Positions 28,876-39,506 are shown, counted from the stretch's first letter. The stretch is DNA of 64,000 bases from Spirochaetia bacterium (GCA_963666985.2 CAXXIA010000002.1:2688001-2752000), one strand, 5' to 3'. Translations and numbers: made by a program. The notes: generated by a model not told the origin, from the letters alone.

Positions 28876-30186
28876 TCAGGTTTTCTTGCGGGCAGGCTTT
28901 CCCGAAGCGATCATGAAAATCCAGCCGATAAGGAACAGAACAAAAAGAGCTCCGACGCCGAAACTGTAGGCGATTCTTTCATCGGCGATTCCCAGGATAA
29001 CCGCCAGCCGGGGGAAGGCGCCCATGAGAAAGGGACCGAGAATGGCGGCGAATTTGCCCATCATGTTGAAAAAACCGAAGAATTCGCCCGATGAATTTTC
29101 ATTCGGAAGCAGTGAGGCGAAATAGGATCGGCTGAGTGCTTGAATCCCGCCCTGACTGGAAGCCACAAGCAGGGAAACCGAGAGGAAAATGGGGATAACA
29201 AAGCGTGTTGGAACCAGCGGCATGATTGTTCCCAGGGCCGTAATGACGGTATAGACGATTATGCCCGCGAAGATCATTCGGCGCGCGCCGAATTTCTGGG
29301 CCAGCCTGCCGTAAAGGATGGCGAAGGGAAAGGCGAGAATCTGGATTCCCAGAAGCGCGCCGAGAACCACCATGAATCCCATCCCGATGCTGTCGGCGAA
29401 GTTCGTCGCCATTTTAATGATGGTGTTAACTCCATCAATGTAAAAGAAATAGGCCAGAAGAAAGAGGAAAATCCTTTTATGCTTTTTGATTTCTATAAAA
29501 GTTTTTCCGAGCCGTTTAAAGCTTTCCAGGACCGGTGAAGGAACCGGATCGACGCCATGCTTCTGTTCCACGTTTTTCAGGAAAGGAAATGTGAAAACAA
29601 GCCACCAGAGGGCGGTCAGCGCAAAGCTGATTTTTACTCCGAGAGTCGGCAGCCCGCCGCTAAGATCCATACCGGTAAGAGCGGCGATAACGCCGAGGCT
29701 GATGATGAACGGAATGGTACTGCCGCCGATATATCCGTAGCCGTAACCCATGGACGAAATCATGTCCATCTTTTCCGGCGATGTAACATCCGGCAGGGAG
29801 GCGTCGTAGAAAATATTGGCTCCGGCAAAACCGATGAAGGTGAGAATGTAAAGAATCAGGGCGAAAGCCCATGCGCCGTCGCCGACAAACAGCAGGCATG
29901 CCGTTGCCGCCACGCCGAGGAGCCAGAAGATGGAGAACAATGTTTTTCGAAAGCCTTTGTAGTCCGAAAGAGTTCCCAGCACCGCGGCGAAGAGCGCGAT
30001 GATAACGGCATAAATCATGTTGCCCGTTCCGAGCCAGAACGTGGCCTGCGTGTCGGATAATCCGCCGCTTCGCGCCACTTGTCCGAACCAGAGTGGGAAT
30101 ATCGCCGTTGAAATAACCGTGGAATGGACCGAGTTGGCCCAATCGTAGAGAACCCAGGAACGTTCCGGTTTCGTCAATTTTTTCAT
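28876..30186 (-). CDS. MFS transporter (UMF1/BtlA-YxiO-like)
   Basis: SWVLYDWANS, ANIFYDASLP, GYGYGYIGG, DGVNTII, QGGIQALSRS, EFFGFFN..GKFAAILGP. Confidence 0.9.
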   Translation of the reverse strand: MKKLTKPERSWVLYDWANSVHSTVISTAIFPLWFGQVARSGGLSDTQATFWLGTGNMIYAVIIALFAAVLGTLSDYKGFRKTLFSIFWLLGVAATACLLFVGDGAWAFALILYILTFIGFAGANIFYDASLPDVTSPEKMDMISSMGYGYGYIGGSTIPFIISLGVIAALTGMDLSGGLPTLGVKISFALTALWWLVFTFPFLKNVEQKHGVDPVPSPVLESFKRLGKTFIEIKKHKRIFLFLLAYFFYIDGVNTIIKMATNFADSIGMGFMVVLGALLGIQILAFPFAILYGRLAQKFGARRMIFAGIIVYTVITALGTIMPLVPTRFVIPIFLSVSLLVASSQGGIQALSRSYFASLLPNENSSGEFFGFFNMMGKFAAILGPFLMGAFPRLAVILGIADERIAYSFGVGALFVLFLIGWIFMIASGKPARKKT

Positions 30187-30338
30187 GAACCTACACTGCT
30201 CTTGTTCTGTTAATGAAATATTAGCATATGAATTTAAAAGAGAAAGAAAAAACTTGACCAAAAGCGGAAAGGGTACGGAAAATGAGAAACTCATGTTTTC
30301 CTTGTATCGTTCCCGGTTTTATCGAGTTTGATGAATAA

Positions 30339-32492
30339 ATGAATATCGGCATCCTTATCAGAGAATCCGGTCGCTTCTATTCCGATCCTCTTCTTTCCGG
30401 CATGCACGATTATTGTTCGGAAAAAGCTCTTGGAATAACCGTGTTTTCCGTCGGCAAGTCCATACCGATGGGCGAACGTTCTCGCTGGCGTGATTTTTTC
30501 CTGAAGCATATGGCGGATTCCCCGATTGACGCCCTCATATGCGTCAGTTCCACATTATCTTTGGATTCCGGAGAACTGCCGCCCGAAGATGTTTTCGCAG
30601 CTTTCGGAGATATACCGAAAGTGAGTATCGGCGTGCCGATGAAATCGGCGGCGCTGGTGTCTTCCGATCCCCAAAAAGGGATTTCGGAACTTGTTGATCA
30701 TATGGCCGATCGGCACGGTTATCGCCGTTTCGGCTTTATCGGCGGTCCCGATTATCATTTGGAAGGGCGCAGGCGCTTCGAACTTTTCCGAAACAAGCTT
30801 CAAGAGCATGGAATTGAGTTCGACGAGAATTGTCTTTTCTCCGGTGATTTCGAACATGATTCCGGCCGGAGGGGAATCGACGCTTTTTTTGAGAGAGGAT
30901 GCCTCGATTCGATGGACGCAATTCTTTGCGCCAACGATCATATGGCTCTGGGCGCATGGAAAAGGCTGCAGCTTCTCGGATATGAAGTTCCCGGCCGAAT
31001 TGCCTTGGCGGGCTTTGACAATGCGGACTTGGAACTGAATACGGAAAATCCCCTGACGACCGTGCATCAGGGCATCCGCAGTTTGGGATATGAGTCGGCG
31101 CGCACCTGCCACGAAGCCTTTCTTGAAAACCGGCCCGCCGCGGATACCGTTATTCCTTCGCATCTGGTCGTGCGGGGTTCCTGCGGATGCCTGCCGAACG
31201 GCCTTCCGGATGATCATTTCTCCGCCGGGCCGGATGGAGAGGCTTCATCCCTTATTGAACAAGCCGTTGAAAAAGTTAAGCGCCGCTTTCGAAACGGGGA
31301 ATTCGAATTCGATGGATTTCGCAGCGATTGGTCGCTTCTGGTAAACCGCTTCCTTCGGAATCCCCTGAAAATCGGTGACATTCTCAAAATCGCATGGAGA
31401 ATCGGAGACGAAGCGGCCGTTTCCGAAGAACGCCGCAGAATCATTGTTTCCACCGCGATACGTATCGCCGTGGAAATTATAAGTCGGGATCGATTTATCG
31501 AGATTTCCGCTTCCAATGAAATTACCGACAGGCTCGATCAGTTCGGGTATAGGGTTTTCGGCCTTGATCGGCATGAAGATTTCGGCGGAATCCTCGAAGA
31601 AGAACTCTTTTCTCTCGGTTTCTCGTTTTGCATGATCGGCGTGTTCGAATCTCGAGACGGATTGTTCGACAGGATACGCCCCATCGCCTGCAGCCGGCAG
31701 AACGGCTGTCCGGAAACTTTTAAGCTTGATGCCGACGGGACGTATTCCACTTCGTCTCTTCTGCCCGACGGAATGATTGGGAAGAACGAAGAGACATTGA
31801 TGGTTTTGCCGCTTGGCCGGGGCGAAGATGCCAGAGGGCTCGCGATTCTTGATTTCAATCCCAAAATGCTTCATCTCTATTCGGGTATCGCCTCGCGTCT
31901 TTCCATGTCGATGCGGATATGGTCCAATATCGAGAGTTTGGAGAATGAGGTTCATCGTCGGCGGCTTTCCGAGGCCGTGCTTTCGGAAACGGTTCTTCGC
32001 GATGAATTGACCGGTTTGTATAACCGCCGCGGTTTTATGGTCCGCGCCCGGGAGCGTTTGAATGCCGTTCAATCGGCCGGCGGATTGTATGCCGTTGTGT
32101 ATTCGGATTTGGACGGATTAAAAATTATTAACGACCGATGGGGACATGATGCCGGAGATGAGGCCTTAAAAAGCGCGGGGGCCGCCTTAAAAAAATCGGT
32201 CCGTGATGAGGACGTCGTCGCCAGAATCGGAGGCGACGAATACGCGCTTTTCGTTCATCTCGGCAAAGGACTTGAGGGTGAAACGCTGAAAAAGCGTCTT
32301 TGCGATTCCATCGACGAAGCCGACGCTTATGGGAAAGAGCGCGGCAGGCGGTGGAAGCTGTCCATGAGCTTCGGCGTTGTGGAATCCGACGATCCGGAAG
32401 AACGTCTTGATGAACTGATGACTCAAGCCGACGCCATACAGTATCGTGAGAAAGAGAGAAAAAGAGCCGAAAGGCGGAGGAGTCCGGAATGA
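30339..32492 (+). CDS. Diguanylate cyclase with N-terminal LacI-type sugar-binding domain
   Basis: DAILCANDHMALG, GFDN, LTTVHQ, LVVRGSCGC; DELTGLYNRRGF, DLDGLK.INDRWGH, RDED I-site, RIGGDEY. Confidence 0.92.
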   Translation: MNIGILIRESGRFYSDPLLSGMHDYCSEKALGITVFSVGKSIPMGERSRWRDFFLKHMADSPIDALICVSSTLSLDSGELPPEDVFAAFGDIPKVSIGVPMKSAALVSSDPQKGISELVDHMADRHGYRRFGFIGGPDYHLEGRRRFELFRNKLQEHGIEFDENCLFSGDFEHDSGRRGIDAFFERGCLDSMDAILCANDHMALGAWKRLQLLGYEVPGRIALAGFDNADLELNTENPLTTVHQGIRSLGYESARTCHEAFLENRPAADTVIPSHLVVRGSCGCLPNGLPDDHFSAGPDGEASSLIEQAVEKVKRRFRNGEFEFDGFRSDWSLLVNRFLRNPLKIGDILKIAWRIGDEAAVSEERRRIIVSTAIRIAVEIISRDRFIEISASNEITDRLDQFGYRVFGLDRHEDFGGILEEELFSLGFSFCMIGVFESRDGLFDRIRPIACSRQNGCPETFKLDADGTYSTSSLLPDGMIGKNEETLMVLPLGRGEDARGLAILDFNPKMLHLYSGIASRLSMSMRIWSNIESLENEVHRRRLSEAVLSETVLRDELTGLYNRRGFMVRARERLNAVQSAGGLYAVVYSDLDGLKIINDRWGHDAGDEALKSAGAALKKSVRDEDVVARIGGDEYALFVHLGKGLEGETLKKRLCDSIDEADAYGKERGRRWKLSMSFGVVESDDPEERLDELMTQADAIQYREKERKRAERRRSPE

Positions 32493-33166
32493 AAGCGCTA
32501 CTTGTTGAAGACGACGCCGATATCGCATCGTTCGTTTCCAAGGGATTGAGGGAAGCGGGTTACGGCGTCGATGTCGCTTTGGACGGTGATTTCGGTCTGG
32601 AGCGGGCCCTCTCCGGTTTGTACGACATTATCATTCTTGATTTGATGCTGCCCGGAAAGGACGGACTTTCGGTTCTTTCGGAACTCAGGAACGCCGATAT
32701 CCAAACCCCGGTGCTGATTTTGAGCGCCAAGAGGAGTGTCGACGACAGGGTGAAGGGATTGAAGGCCGGAGGCGACGATTACCTGGTAAAGCCGTTTGTT
32801 TTTGCCGAACTTCTCGTGCGCGTCGAAGCTCTGATTCGCCGAGGCGGGCGGGCAGCCGCCGCGCAGGAGCTTCATGTGGCCGATCTGACTCTGGATCCTC
32901 TTACCAGAAGAGTCGCTCGGGGAGGGGATCTCATCGAACTGCAGCCCCGGGAATACGCGCTCTTGGAATTCCTTATCAGAAATACCGGCACGGTTGTAAC
33001 GAAAACTCTCATCCTCGAAAAGGTGTGGGGGTATGATTTCGATCCGCAGACCAACGTTGTGGACGTTCTGGTTTCCAGGCTGCGCAGCCGTATCGACAAA
33101 GATTACCCCCTTAAGCTGATCCGCACCGTCCGCGGCGTGGGATATGTTCTTGAGGATCCCCGGTAG
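32489..33166 (+). CDS. OmpR/CusR-family response regulator
   Basis: REC (DLMLP, ILSAK, KPF) plus winged helix (TNVVDV...IRTVRGVGY). Confidence 0.95.
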   Translation: MKALLVEDDADIASFVSKGLREAGYGVDVALDGDFGLERALSGLYDIIILDLMLPGKDGLSVLSELRNADIQTPVLILSAKRSVDDRVKGLKAGGDDYLVKPFVFAELLVRVEALIRRGGRAAAAQELHVADLTLDPLTRRVARGGDLIELQPREYALLEFLIRNTGTVVTKTLILEKVWGYDFDPQTNVVDVLVSRLRSRIDKDYPLKLIRTVRGVGYVLEDPR

Positions 33167-33190
33167 GTTCTTCGGAACCGCCGGAAAGGC

Positions 33191-34591
33191 GTGATTGTGC
33201 GGCTTCGGATTTTCAGGCGGCTGGACGTTCGTCTTGCGCTCATCGTAACACTGGCGGCCGCCGTCGCATCGTTTATCATCTCCGGTTTTCTCATGCTTTC
33301 CATGGCGATCGGTTTTCGGGACCAAGACCGGACGGAATTGGACTCAAGGCTTCTTTCCTACTGGGCCGCGTGGCAGTACGGCGGTAACGACGCGGTGCTC
33401 GAGAGGGCGGCCCAGGATGTGAAAATTCACGGCGGCCGTCCTTTTCTGCTGAAGCTCTACGGCCCGGAAGGGGAGATGCTCGGTACGCTTATCCCCGGCG
33501 GCTGGGAGGTTTTCAATCTTGAAGATCCGGGATTGGCGATGCTGTATCCGGGAACCTATATGACGCTTCGGGACGAAAAAACCCCCTATGCGCTGCTGGT
33601 AACCGGTGTTCGCCTCGACGACGGCTCCCGCCTTCTGGTGGGATTGAGTACCGAGAACCGCCAGTTCCTTCTGCGGGTTTACCGAACGAACTATCCGCTG
33701 GCTCTGGCGGCCATTGTGCTGGCGGGGGTTGTCGTCGGCCTGATCTCTTCCCGGCGGCTTTTGGAACCCATCGAGAAACTGAACGCCGAAATCGACCGGA
33801 TTATCATCACGGCCGATTTAAGCAGACGCCTTGAGGAGCACGGGACCGGGGATCAGCTGGACGGTCTTATCGGACGCTACAACAGACTTCTGGATAGAGT
33901 GGAATCGCTTATCGGCGGTATGCGGGATACGCTCGATGCCGTGGCGCACGATTTGAGAACGCCGCTGACACGCCTGCGGGGGCATGCCGAACTGGCTCTG
34001 AGCCGCGCCGATACCGATGCCTATGAAGACGCCCTGGCTCTTGTGGTTGAACAGACCGATCAGGCGGGCGCTCTTCTGGAAGCTTTGATGGACATCGCCG
34101 AAGCCGAACAGGGAATGCTCTCTCTCAACCGCGAATCATGTGATTTAACCCTCATAGCGTCTCAGGTTTGCGACATGTATGCTTTTATCGCCGAAGAGAA
34201 GAAGCAGGTTCTGACTCTTCATGCGGACGGCCCCGTTCCGCTCGCGGGCGACCCCGTCCGTCTGCGGCGGATTTTTGGGAATCTTTTGGACAATGCCGTG
34301 AAATACGGGCCCGAGGGCGGACATGTCGATGTGTACTGCTCTCTTGCCGATAAGATGGCCGTTCTCGAAGTCGTGGACGACGGGCCCGGAGTGCCGGAGG
34401 CCGAGGCCGCCCGCATTTTCGATCGCTTGTATCGCGGCGACAAAAGCCGGAATTCGCGGGGACTCGGTTTGGGCCTCAGCATGGTAAAGGCCCTGGTGGA
34501 AGCTCACGGCGGCTCAATTTCCGTTGAAAACGATCCGGAGAGGGGCGCCCGGTTCCGGGTGGTGCTGCCGGCGGCCGGGGAGGTGGGCTGA
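33191..34591 (+). CDS. HAMP-domain sensor histidine kinase
   Basis: AHDLRTPL, NLLDNAVKY, DDGPG, GLGLGLS. Confidence 0.95.
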   Translation: MIVRLRIFRRLDVRLALIVTLAAAVASFIISGFLMLSMAIGFRDQDRTELDSRLLSYWAAWQYGGNDAVLERAAQDVKIHGGRPFLLKLYGPEGEMLGTLIPGGWEVFNLEDPGLAMLYPGTYMTLRDEKTPYALLVTGVRLDDGSRLLVGLSTENRQFLLRVYRTNYPLALAAIVLAGVVVGLISSRRLLEPIEKLNAEIDRIIITADLSRRLEEHGTGDQLDGLIGRYNRLLDRVESLIGGMRDTLDAVAHDLRTPLTRLRGHAELALSRADTDAYEDALALVVEQTDQAGALLEALMDIAEAEQGMLSLNRESCDLTLIASQVCDMYAFIAEEKKQVLTLHADGPVPLAGDPVRLRRIFGNLLDNAVKYGPEGGHVDVYCSLADKMAVLEVVDDGPGVPEAEAARIFDRLYRGDKSRNSRGLGLGLSMVKALVEAHGGSISVENDPERGARFRVVLPAAGEVG

Positions 34592-34768
34592 TGAAGGCGG
34601 CGGTCGAGATTCTTTTTTACAGCGGTCGTCGCCGAAGCAAAAACAGCGACTCTTTCAAAACCGTAAGATACCGGCAATGTTATTGAAAGGTTGCCGAAGT
34701 ATTATGCACATCAGATGATGGATCGGGGAGGTGCTCCCCGGTAATCCATTTTTGAGGAGTTGCATCAA

Positions 34769-36184
34769 ATGATACAGTCGAACAGCATCCGCGCAGCGCG
34801 GAAAATCGCGGTTTCGGTTCTGTTCATCGCCGCGGCGTACCTCGTCGCGATACAGCCGGTTTCGGCTCAAACAGGTAATACGGCACGAGATCTCCAAAAT
34901 ACCTTCCGCGCCGTCTCGGCGGAAGTTCTGCCTGTCGTGGTACAGGTGAATACGGTCGATATTGTGGAACGCAGAACGGTAAATCCGTTCGAGTTCTTTT
35001 TCCGTTTTCCCAATTCACCCGAGGATAACGAACCTTTCGATATGCAGCCTTTCAGGCAGAAGGGAATCGGATCCGGTGTTATCGTGGAACGCCGCGGAAA
35101 CGAGGTCTATGTTCTGACGAACAACCATGTGATTGAAGGGGCGGACGAGATTGAAGTGAATCTGAACGACGGCCGGAAATTTACGGGAACGATCGTCGGC
35201 GGAGACCCTTTGCGGGATTTGGCCCTGGTTTCTTTCGAAACACGTGAAGAGATTCCCGTGGCCGAACTCGGCGATTCGGACGATGTCTGGGTGGGCGACT
35301 GGGTTCTGGCCGTCGGAAATCCTTTGGGGTTTGAATCCACGGTGACCGCGGGCATTATCAGCGCCAAAGGGCGTTCCGCTCAGGGACAGAATTTCACCGA
35401 CTATCTGCAGACCGACGCGTCGATAAACCACGGGAATTCCGGCGGAGCTTTGGTGAATCTTGACGGCGAGGTTATCGGGATCAACACATTCATCGCCTCC
35501 AGCAACGGCGGCAGTATCGGTCTCGGATTCGCCATTCCCATTAATAATGCGCGCAGGGCCATCGATGAGTTCATCAACAAGGGCAGTGTCGATTACGCCT
35601 GGCTCGGTGTGAACATGGGCAACATTACCGATACTCTTTCCAGCGAACTCAATCTGGATGATAAAAGCGGAGCGTTTATCTACAACGTGTACGGAGATTC
35701 TCCCGCCATGCAGGGCGGCATCCGGCCCGGTGATTTGATTACGCGCCTTGACGGGCGGAATATCGGGAATTCCGACGACCTTTCACGAACGGTCGCTTCT
35801 TTGGAGCCCGGTGAAACCGTTCCGGTTGTTCTCATTCGTGACGGGGAATCCGTCAGAATGAACATCACCCTTTCGGTGCGGACCATCGAACGGGACGGGC
35901 TGAAGGTTAATGTCTGGCCCGGTTTCTCGGCCGTACCGGTTACATCGGAATTGAGGGATCAGATGAAGATTCCCCGGAATGCCGGAAATGTCCTTATCGG
36001 CGGAGTCGTCGAGGACAGTCCCGCTTCGGCGCTCGGATTGCGGAGCGGTGATGTTATCCGCTCCATCAACAGGAGCAATGTGCGCAATCTTAAGCATTTC
36101 TATGAGATGGTGAATTCCGAGGACCGGATGGAGCTCAAGATTATCCGTCAGGGACATGAATTGGAATTTGTCCTGAATAAATAG
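34769..36184 (+). CDS. degP: DegP/HtrA (Do family) serine endoprotease with two PDZ domains
   Basis: LTNNHVI, DLAL, GNPLG, QTDASINHGNSGG; signal peptide; SD GAGGAG. Confidence 0.93.
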   Translation: MIQSNSIRAARKIAVSVLFIAAAYLVAIQPVSAQTGNTARDLQNTFRAVSAEVLPVVVQVNTVDIVERRTVNPFEFFFRFPNSPEDNEPFDMQPFRQKGIGSGVIVERRGNEVYVLTNNHVIEGADEIEVNLNDGRKFTGTIVGGDPLRDLALVSFETREEIPVAELGDSDDVWVGDWVLAVGNPLGFESTVTAGIISAKGRSAQGQNFTDYLQTDASINHGNSGGALVNLDGEVIGINTFIASSNGGSIGLGFAIPINNARRAIDEFINKGSVDYAWLGVNMGNITDTLSSELNLDDKSGAFIYNVYGDSPAMQGGIRPGDLITRLDGRNIGNSDDLSRTVASLEPGETVPVVLIRDGESVRMNITLSVRTIERDGLKVNVWPGFSAVPVTSELRDQMKIPRNAGNVLIGGVVEDSPASALGLRSGDVIRSINRSNVRNLKHFYEMVNSEDRMELKIIRQGHELEFVLNK

Positions 36185-36301
36185 TCATTTATTCGATATT
36201 TGCCGCAAAGCGGATATCGGAGTGTGTTGTTTTACAGTTTCTTCCTTGTGTTTCGGGGCGGGTACGTTGTGCTCGCCCCGACCTTTTTTCATAATGGTTA
36301 T

Positions 36302-37537
36302 GTGTCAAAGCCCGTGCGCGTGAAACTCTCCACAGTCGAAATTCTTTTTTCCCTCATTCTGGGAGGCGCTCCCGTTTTTGTTCTGTTTCTTGTTTTTCGC
36401 TTTCTGACTCTGTCGCAATGCGGTGTTCTTCTGTTGGGAAATCAGGATTTCAGAATTCTCGTTATTACCGTTACCGCGACAATCGGCATTCTGGTGTCTC
36501 TGCTTATCATCGGAATCAGGCGATTGATTCTTTTGCCGATTAAGAAACTCACCGCGGGAGAAACGAAATTTTCCTCCGGCGATCCTCCCCTGGTGCGGGA
36601 GAGCTATTGTGTCTCCGAAATTCACGAACTGGCCCATTCCATCAACGACATGATTGAAGAGGTGATGAGCCGGGAGGAAATCCTTCGGGATTTGAACGAA
36701 TCTCTGGAAGAAAAAATCCTTGAGCGGACCCGGGCTCATGAAGAAACAATCGAAACACTCAGGTCCACCAGGGACCGTCTTTTGGTCTCGGAAAAAATGT
36801 CCGCTTTGGGCGCCCTTGTTTCCGGGGTGGCCATCGAGATTATAACTCCTTTGAGCATCGGCATTACCGCGGCGTCTTTCCTTAATGAAAGAACCAGGAT
36901 GCTTAAGAAGCGTTTTGACGATCAGTCCCTTACCCAGGAAGATTTGGAGCGTTTTTTTACGGATTCCGAGGAATCTTCCGGTATTATTCAGAATAATCTG
37001 GACCGGACGATGAGGATTATCACCAGCTTGAAGCAGGTGGCTTCGGACCAGCAGTCGGATCAGCGCAGAAAGTTTGAACTCGGATCATATCTGAACGATG
37101 TCGAGATGAGTATGAAACATTTGCTCAAACCCGGAAAACACGAACTTATCGTGGAACCGGATGGGCTGATTTTGATGAATACATATCCGGGAACCGTTTC
37201 CAGAATTGTAAACGATCTGGTTCAGAATTCGATTACACACGGATTTCACAATATCGAAGGCGGTAAAATCCGCATCGGATGCCGGGAAGAGGGAGAGGAT
37301 GCGATTATTGAGTACAGGGACAACGGCCGCGGTCTGACCGAAGAGGAGTATCGAAGACTCAGCGGAATGGAACCGGCCGGAGTCGATATCGGCGTTACCG
37401 GCTGCGGGCTGGGAATGAGTATCGTTCGGAAACTCGTTAAACGGCTTGGAGGAAGCTTCGCTATTGATCCTTCGGCCGATAAGGGTGTTCATTACATCCT
37501 GAAAGTACCTAAAAAGCCGGGAGAGGAAGAAACATGA
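36302..37537 (+). CDS. Membrane sensor histidine kinase-like protein lacking the phospho-acceptor His
   Basis: TM-HAMP-coiled coil, SEKMSALGALVSGVAIEIITPL (His replaced by Ile), DNGRG, GCGLGM; start uncertain (36200-36302). Confidence 0.85.
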   Translation: MSKPVRVKLSTVEILFSLILGGAPVFVLFLVFRFLTLSQCGVLLLGNQDFRILVITVTATIGILVSLLIIGIRRLILLPIKKLTAGETKFSSGDPPLVRESYCVSEIHELAHSINDMIEEVMSREEILRDLNESLEEKILERTRAHEETIETLRSTRDRLLVSEKMSALGALVSGVAIEIITPLSIGITAASFLNERTRMLKKRFDDQSLTQEDLERFFTDSEESSGIIQNNLDRTMRIITSLKQVASDQQSDQRRKFELGSYLNDVEMSMKHLLKPGKHELIVEPDGLILMNTYPGTVSRIVNDLVQNSITHGFHNIEGGKIRIGCREEGEDAIIEYRDNGRGLTEEEYRRLSGMEPAGVDIGVTGCGLGMSIVRKLVKRLGGSFAIDPSADKGVHYILKVPKKPGEEET

Positions 37538-38601
37538 GCTCAAACAGGAAAAAAATCGGGATTCTTACCGCCGGAGGCGACTGTCCGGGATTGAACGCGG
37601 CCATTCGGGGCGTCGGCAAAACCATGCTGCTCAAGTACGGCTATGAGGTGATCGGATTCTCTTCGGGCTATCTGGGACTGATCCATAATGAGTATCAGAT
37701 TCTGGACGAACTGGCCCTCTCCGGCATTCTCACCGTAGGAGGAACCATTCTTCGCAGTTCCCGGGAGAAACCGTTCAAGCATTCCGAATACGACGACTAT
37801 ATTACGAGCAAGCCGGACCGCATCGTCGAGAACTACAAAGCCCTCGGACTTGACTGCCTGGTCTGCATCGGCGGGAACGGAACCCAGAAAACCGCGTGGA
37901 AGCTTTCGCAGCTCGGTCTGAACATTGTGGGGATTCCGAAAACCATCGACAATGATGTCTGGGGCACCGATTTAACCTTCGGTTTCGATTCCGCCGTGGC
38001 CATCGCCGCCGAGGCCATCGACCGCCTTCATACAACGGCCAACTCCCATAAACGCATCATGGTCGTGGAAGTGATGGGCCATAACGCGGGCTGGCTCACG
38101 CTTCATTCGGGCGTGGCCGCGGGAGGCGATGTCATCCTGATTCCGGAAATTCCCTACAAACTCGACGTTATCGGCGATTACGTGAAACATCGGTCCGATA
38201 TGGGCAAGCCGTATTCCATCGTGGTGGTTGCCGAAGGCATCTATCTGCCGTACAAGAAAGACGGCAACATCCGGGATGTCCCGGCGGGCGCGTTTATCGC
38301 GAACCAGATCGAAAAGATCACCGGATTGGAAACACGCGAAACCATTCTCGGCTATATTCAGCGGGGCGGCAGTCCGACGGCCCGCGACCGCGTCGTGGCC
38401 ACCGAGCTCGGAGCCTATGCGGCCGAAATGATCGCCCGCGGTGAGTTCGGTCATATGGCCGCGTACAAGGGATATGATTTAATCAGCGTACCGCTGGAAA
38501 CGGTGGCCGGTCAGGTAAAAACCGTTCCGACCGATTATCCGCTTATCAATCATGCCCGGTCTTTGGATACCTGTTTCGGAGATGTGCTTTCATTCGCATG
38601 A
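37534..38601 (+). CDS. pfkA: 6-phosphofructokinase (PfkA family)
   Basis: GGDCPGLN, GGNGT, PKTIDND, EVMGH, LGYIQRGG. Confidence 0.95.
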   Translation: MSSNRKKIGILTAGGDCPGLNAAIRGVGKTMLLKYGYEVIGFSSGYLGLIHNEYQILDELALSGILTVGGTILRSSREKPFKHSEYDDYITSKPDRIVENYKALGLDCLVCIGGNGTQKTAWKLSQLGLNIVGIPKTIDNDVWGTDLTFGFDSAVAIAAEAIDRLHTTANSHKRIMVVEVMGHNAGWLTLHSGVAAGGDVILIPEIPYKLDVIGDYVKHRSDMGKPYSIVVVAEGIYLPYKKDGNIRDVPAGAFIANQIEKITGLETRETILGYIQRGGSPTARDRVVATELGAYAAEMIARGEFGHMAAYKGYDLISVPLETVAGQVKTVPTDYPLINHARSLDTCFGDVLSFA

Positions 38602-38624
38602 CTCGCCGGCTCTTGCCGGGTTTC

Positions 38625-39506
38625 TTACGACGGCGAACCGCTTTTAAGTTTTTCGGCCAGTTCCTGCCGATAGAGCGCCGCCAAATCCGGCACGGTGTGT
38701 AAAGCTTCATTCCCGCAAGAGTGGAGACGGTACACTCCTCGGCGGACACGTTCAAACCAGCCGTAAAGGTTTTTATTCAGGATGACCCCGGCATCCGCCG
38801 GGGCCCCGAAGCTTACCAGAGCCGCCGGGGAGGCTTCGCCGAGTTCCTTCAGCCATGCCGCCAGCCGAAGGGCCCTCTGCCGGTAGGCTGTTATCCGCAG
38901 GCCGCCGCCGGGAAGTCCTCCGAGGGTTAAATCCATGTCCCGTCCGGCGATTTCCCGAAGCAGAACGGCTTTCTTTTTCGGACGGCGGCGCGGAGGGAGA
39001 GCGGCGGGAGAAACACCCTCTTCCTCTGTGACCATGTTCGTACCGCCTGAGTGTGTGTCCGCGCCGGTGCTCTTTCGGCCGCCGGAATCGGCGGTTCGGG
39101 CGGCGGTGCTCTTTAGGCGGGTTTCCGCTTGTTCTCCCGCGGCGCTTCTCGGGTGCATCAGGATTTCAACCTTGGTTTTTGTTTTCAGGAAGGTAACCAG
39201 AATGAGTCCGATTCCGAGCCGTCCGAGAAGCCGCCGGAAATCCCGGGAAGCCGAAGGCCCGCGCCGATCACCGGCGGCCGGCAGCGCCACATACACCGCG
39301 TCCGCGTATTCCTGCCGTTCGGCGGCCTGAGCCAGCAGGGCCAGCGACGGGCGGGTTTTAAGCTCCACGGCAATCAATTCATCGTTTTTAGAAGCCGCCA
39401 GGTCGCAGCGGCCCACCTCTCCGCGAACGGTGTATCCCTGCTTTTCAAGCCAGGATTTCAAGGGACGGTAAAGGTCGGTTTCCTTCAGGGAGCGGACGGC
39501 GTTCAT
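38625..39506 (-). CDS. DUF2161 family putative PD-(D/E)XK protein with an internal low-complexity insertion
   Basis: KETDLY.PLK..LE.QGY.VRGEV..CD, VELK, TAYRQ.AL, N.YGWFERV.RGVY.L. Confidence 0.85.
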   Translation of the reverse strand: MNAVRSLKETDLYRPLKSWLEKQGYTVRGEVGRCDLAASKNDELIAVELKTRPSLALLAQAAERQEYADAVYVALPAAGDRRGPSASRDFRRLLGRLGIGLILVTFLKTKTKVEILMHPRSAAGEQAETRLKSTAARTADSGGRKSTGADTHSGGTNMVTEEEGVSPAALPPRRRPKKKAVLLREIAGRDMDLTLGGLPGGGLRITAYRQRALRLAAWLKELGEASPAALVSFGAPADAGVILNKNLYGWFERVRRGVYRLHSCGNEALHTVPDLAALYRQELAEKLKSGSPS

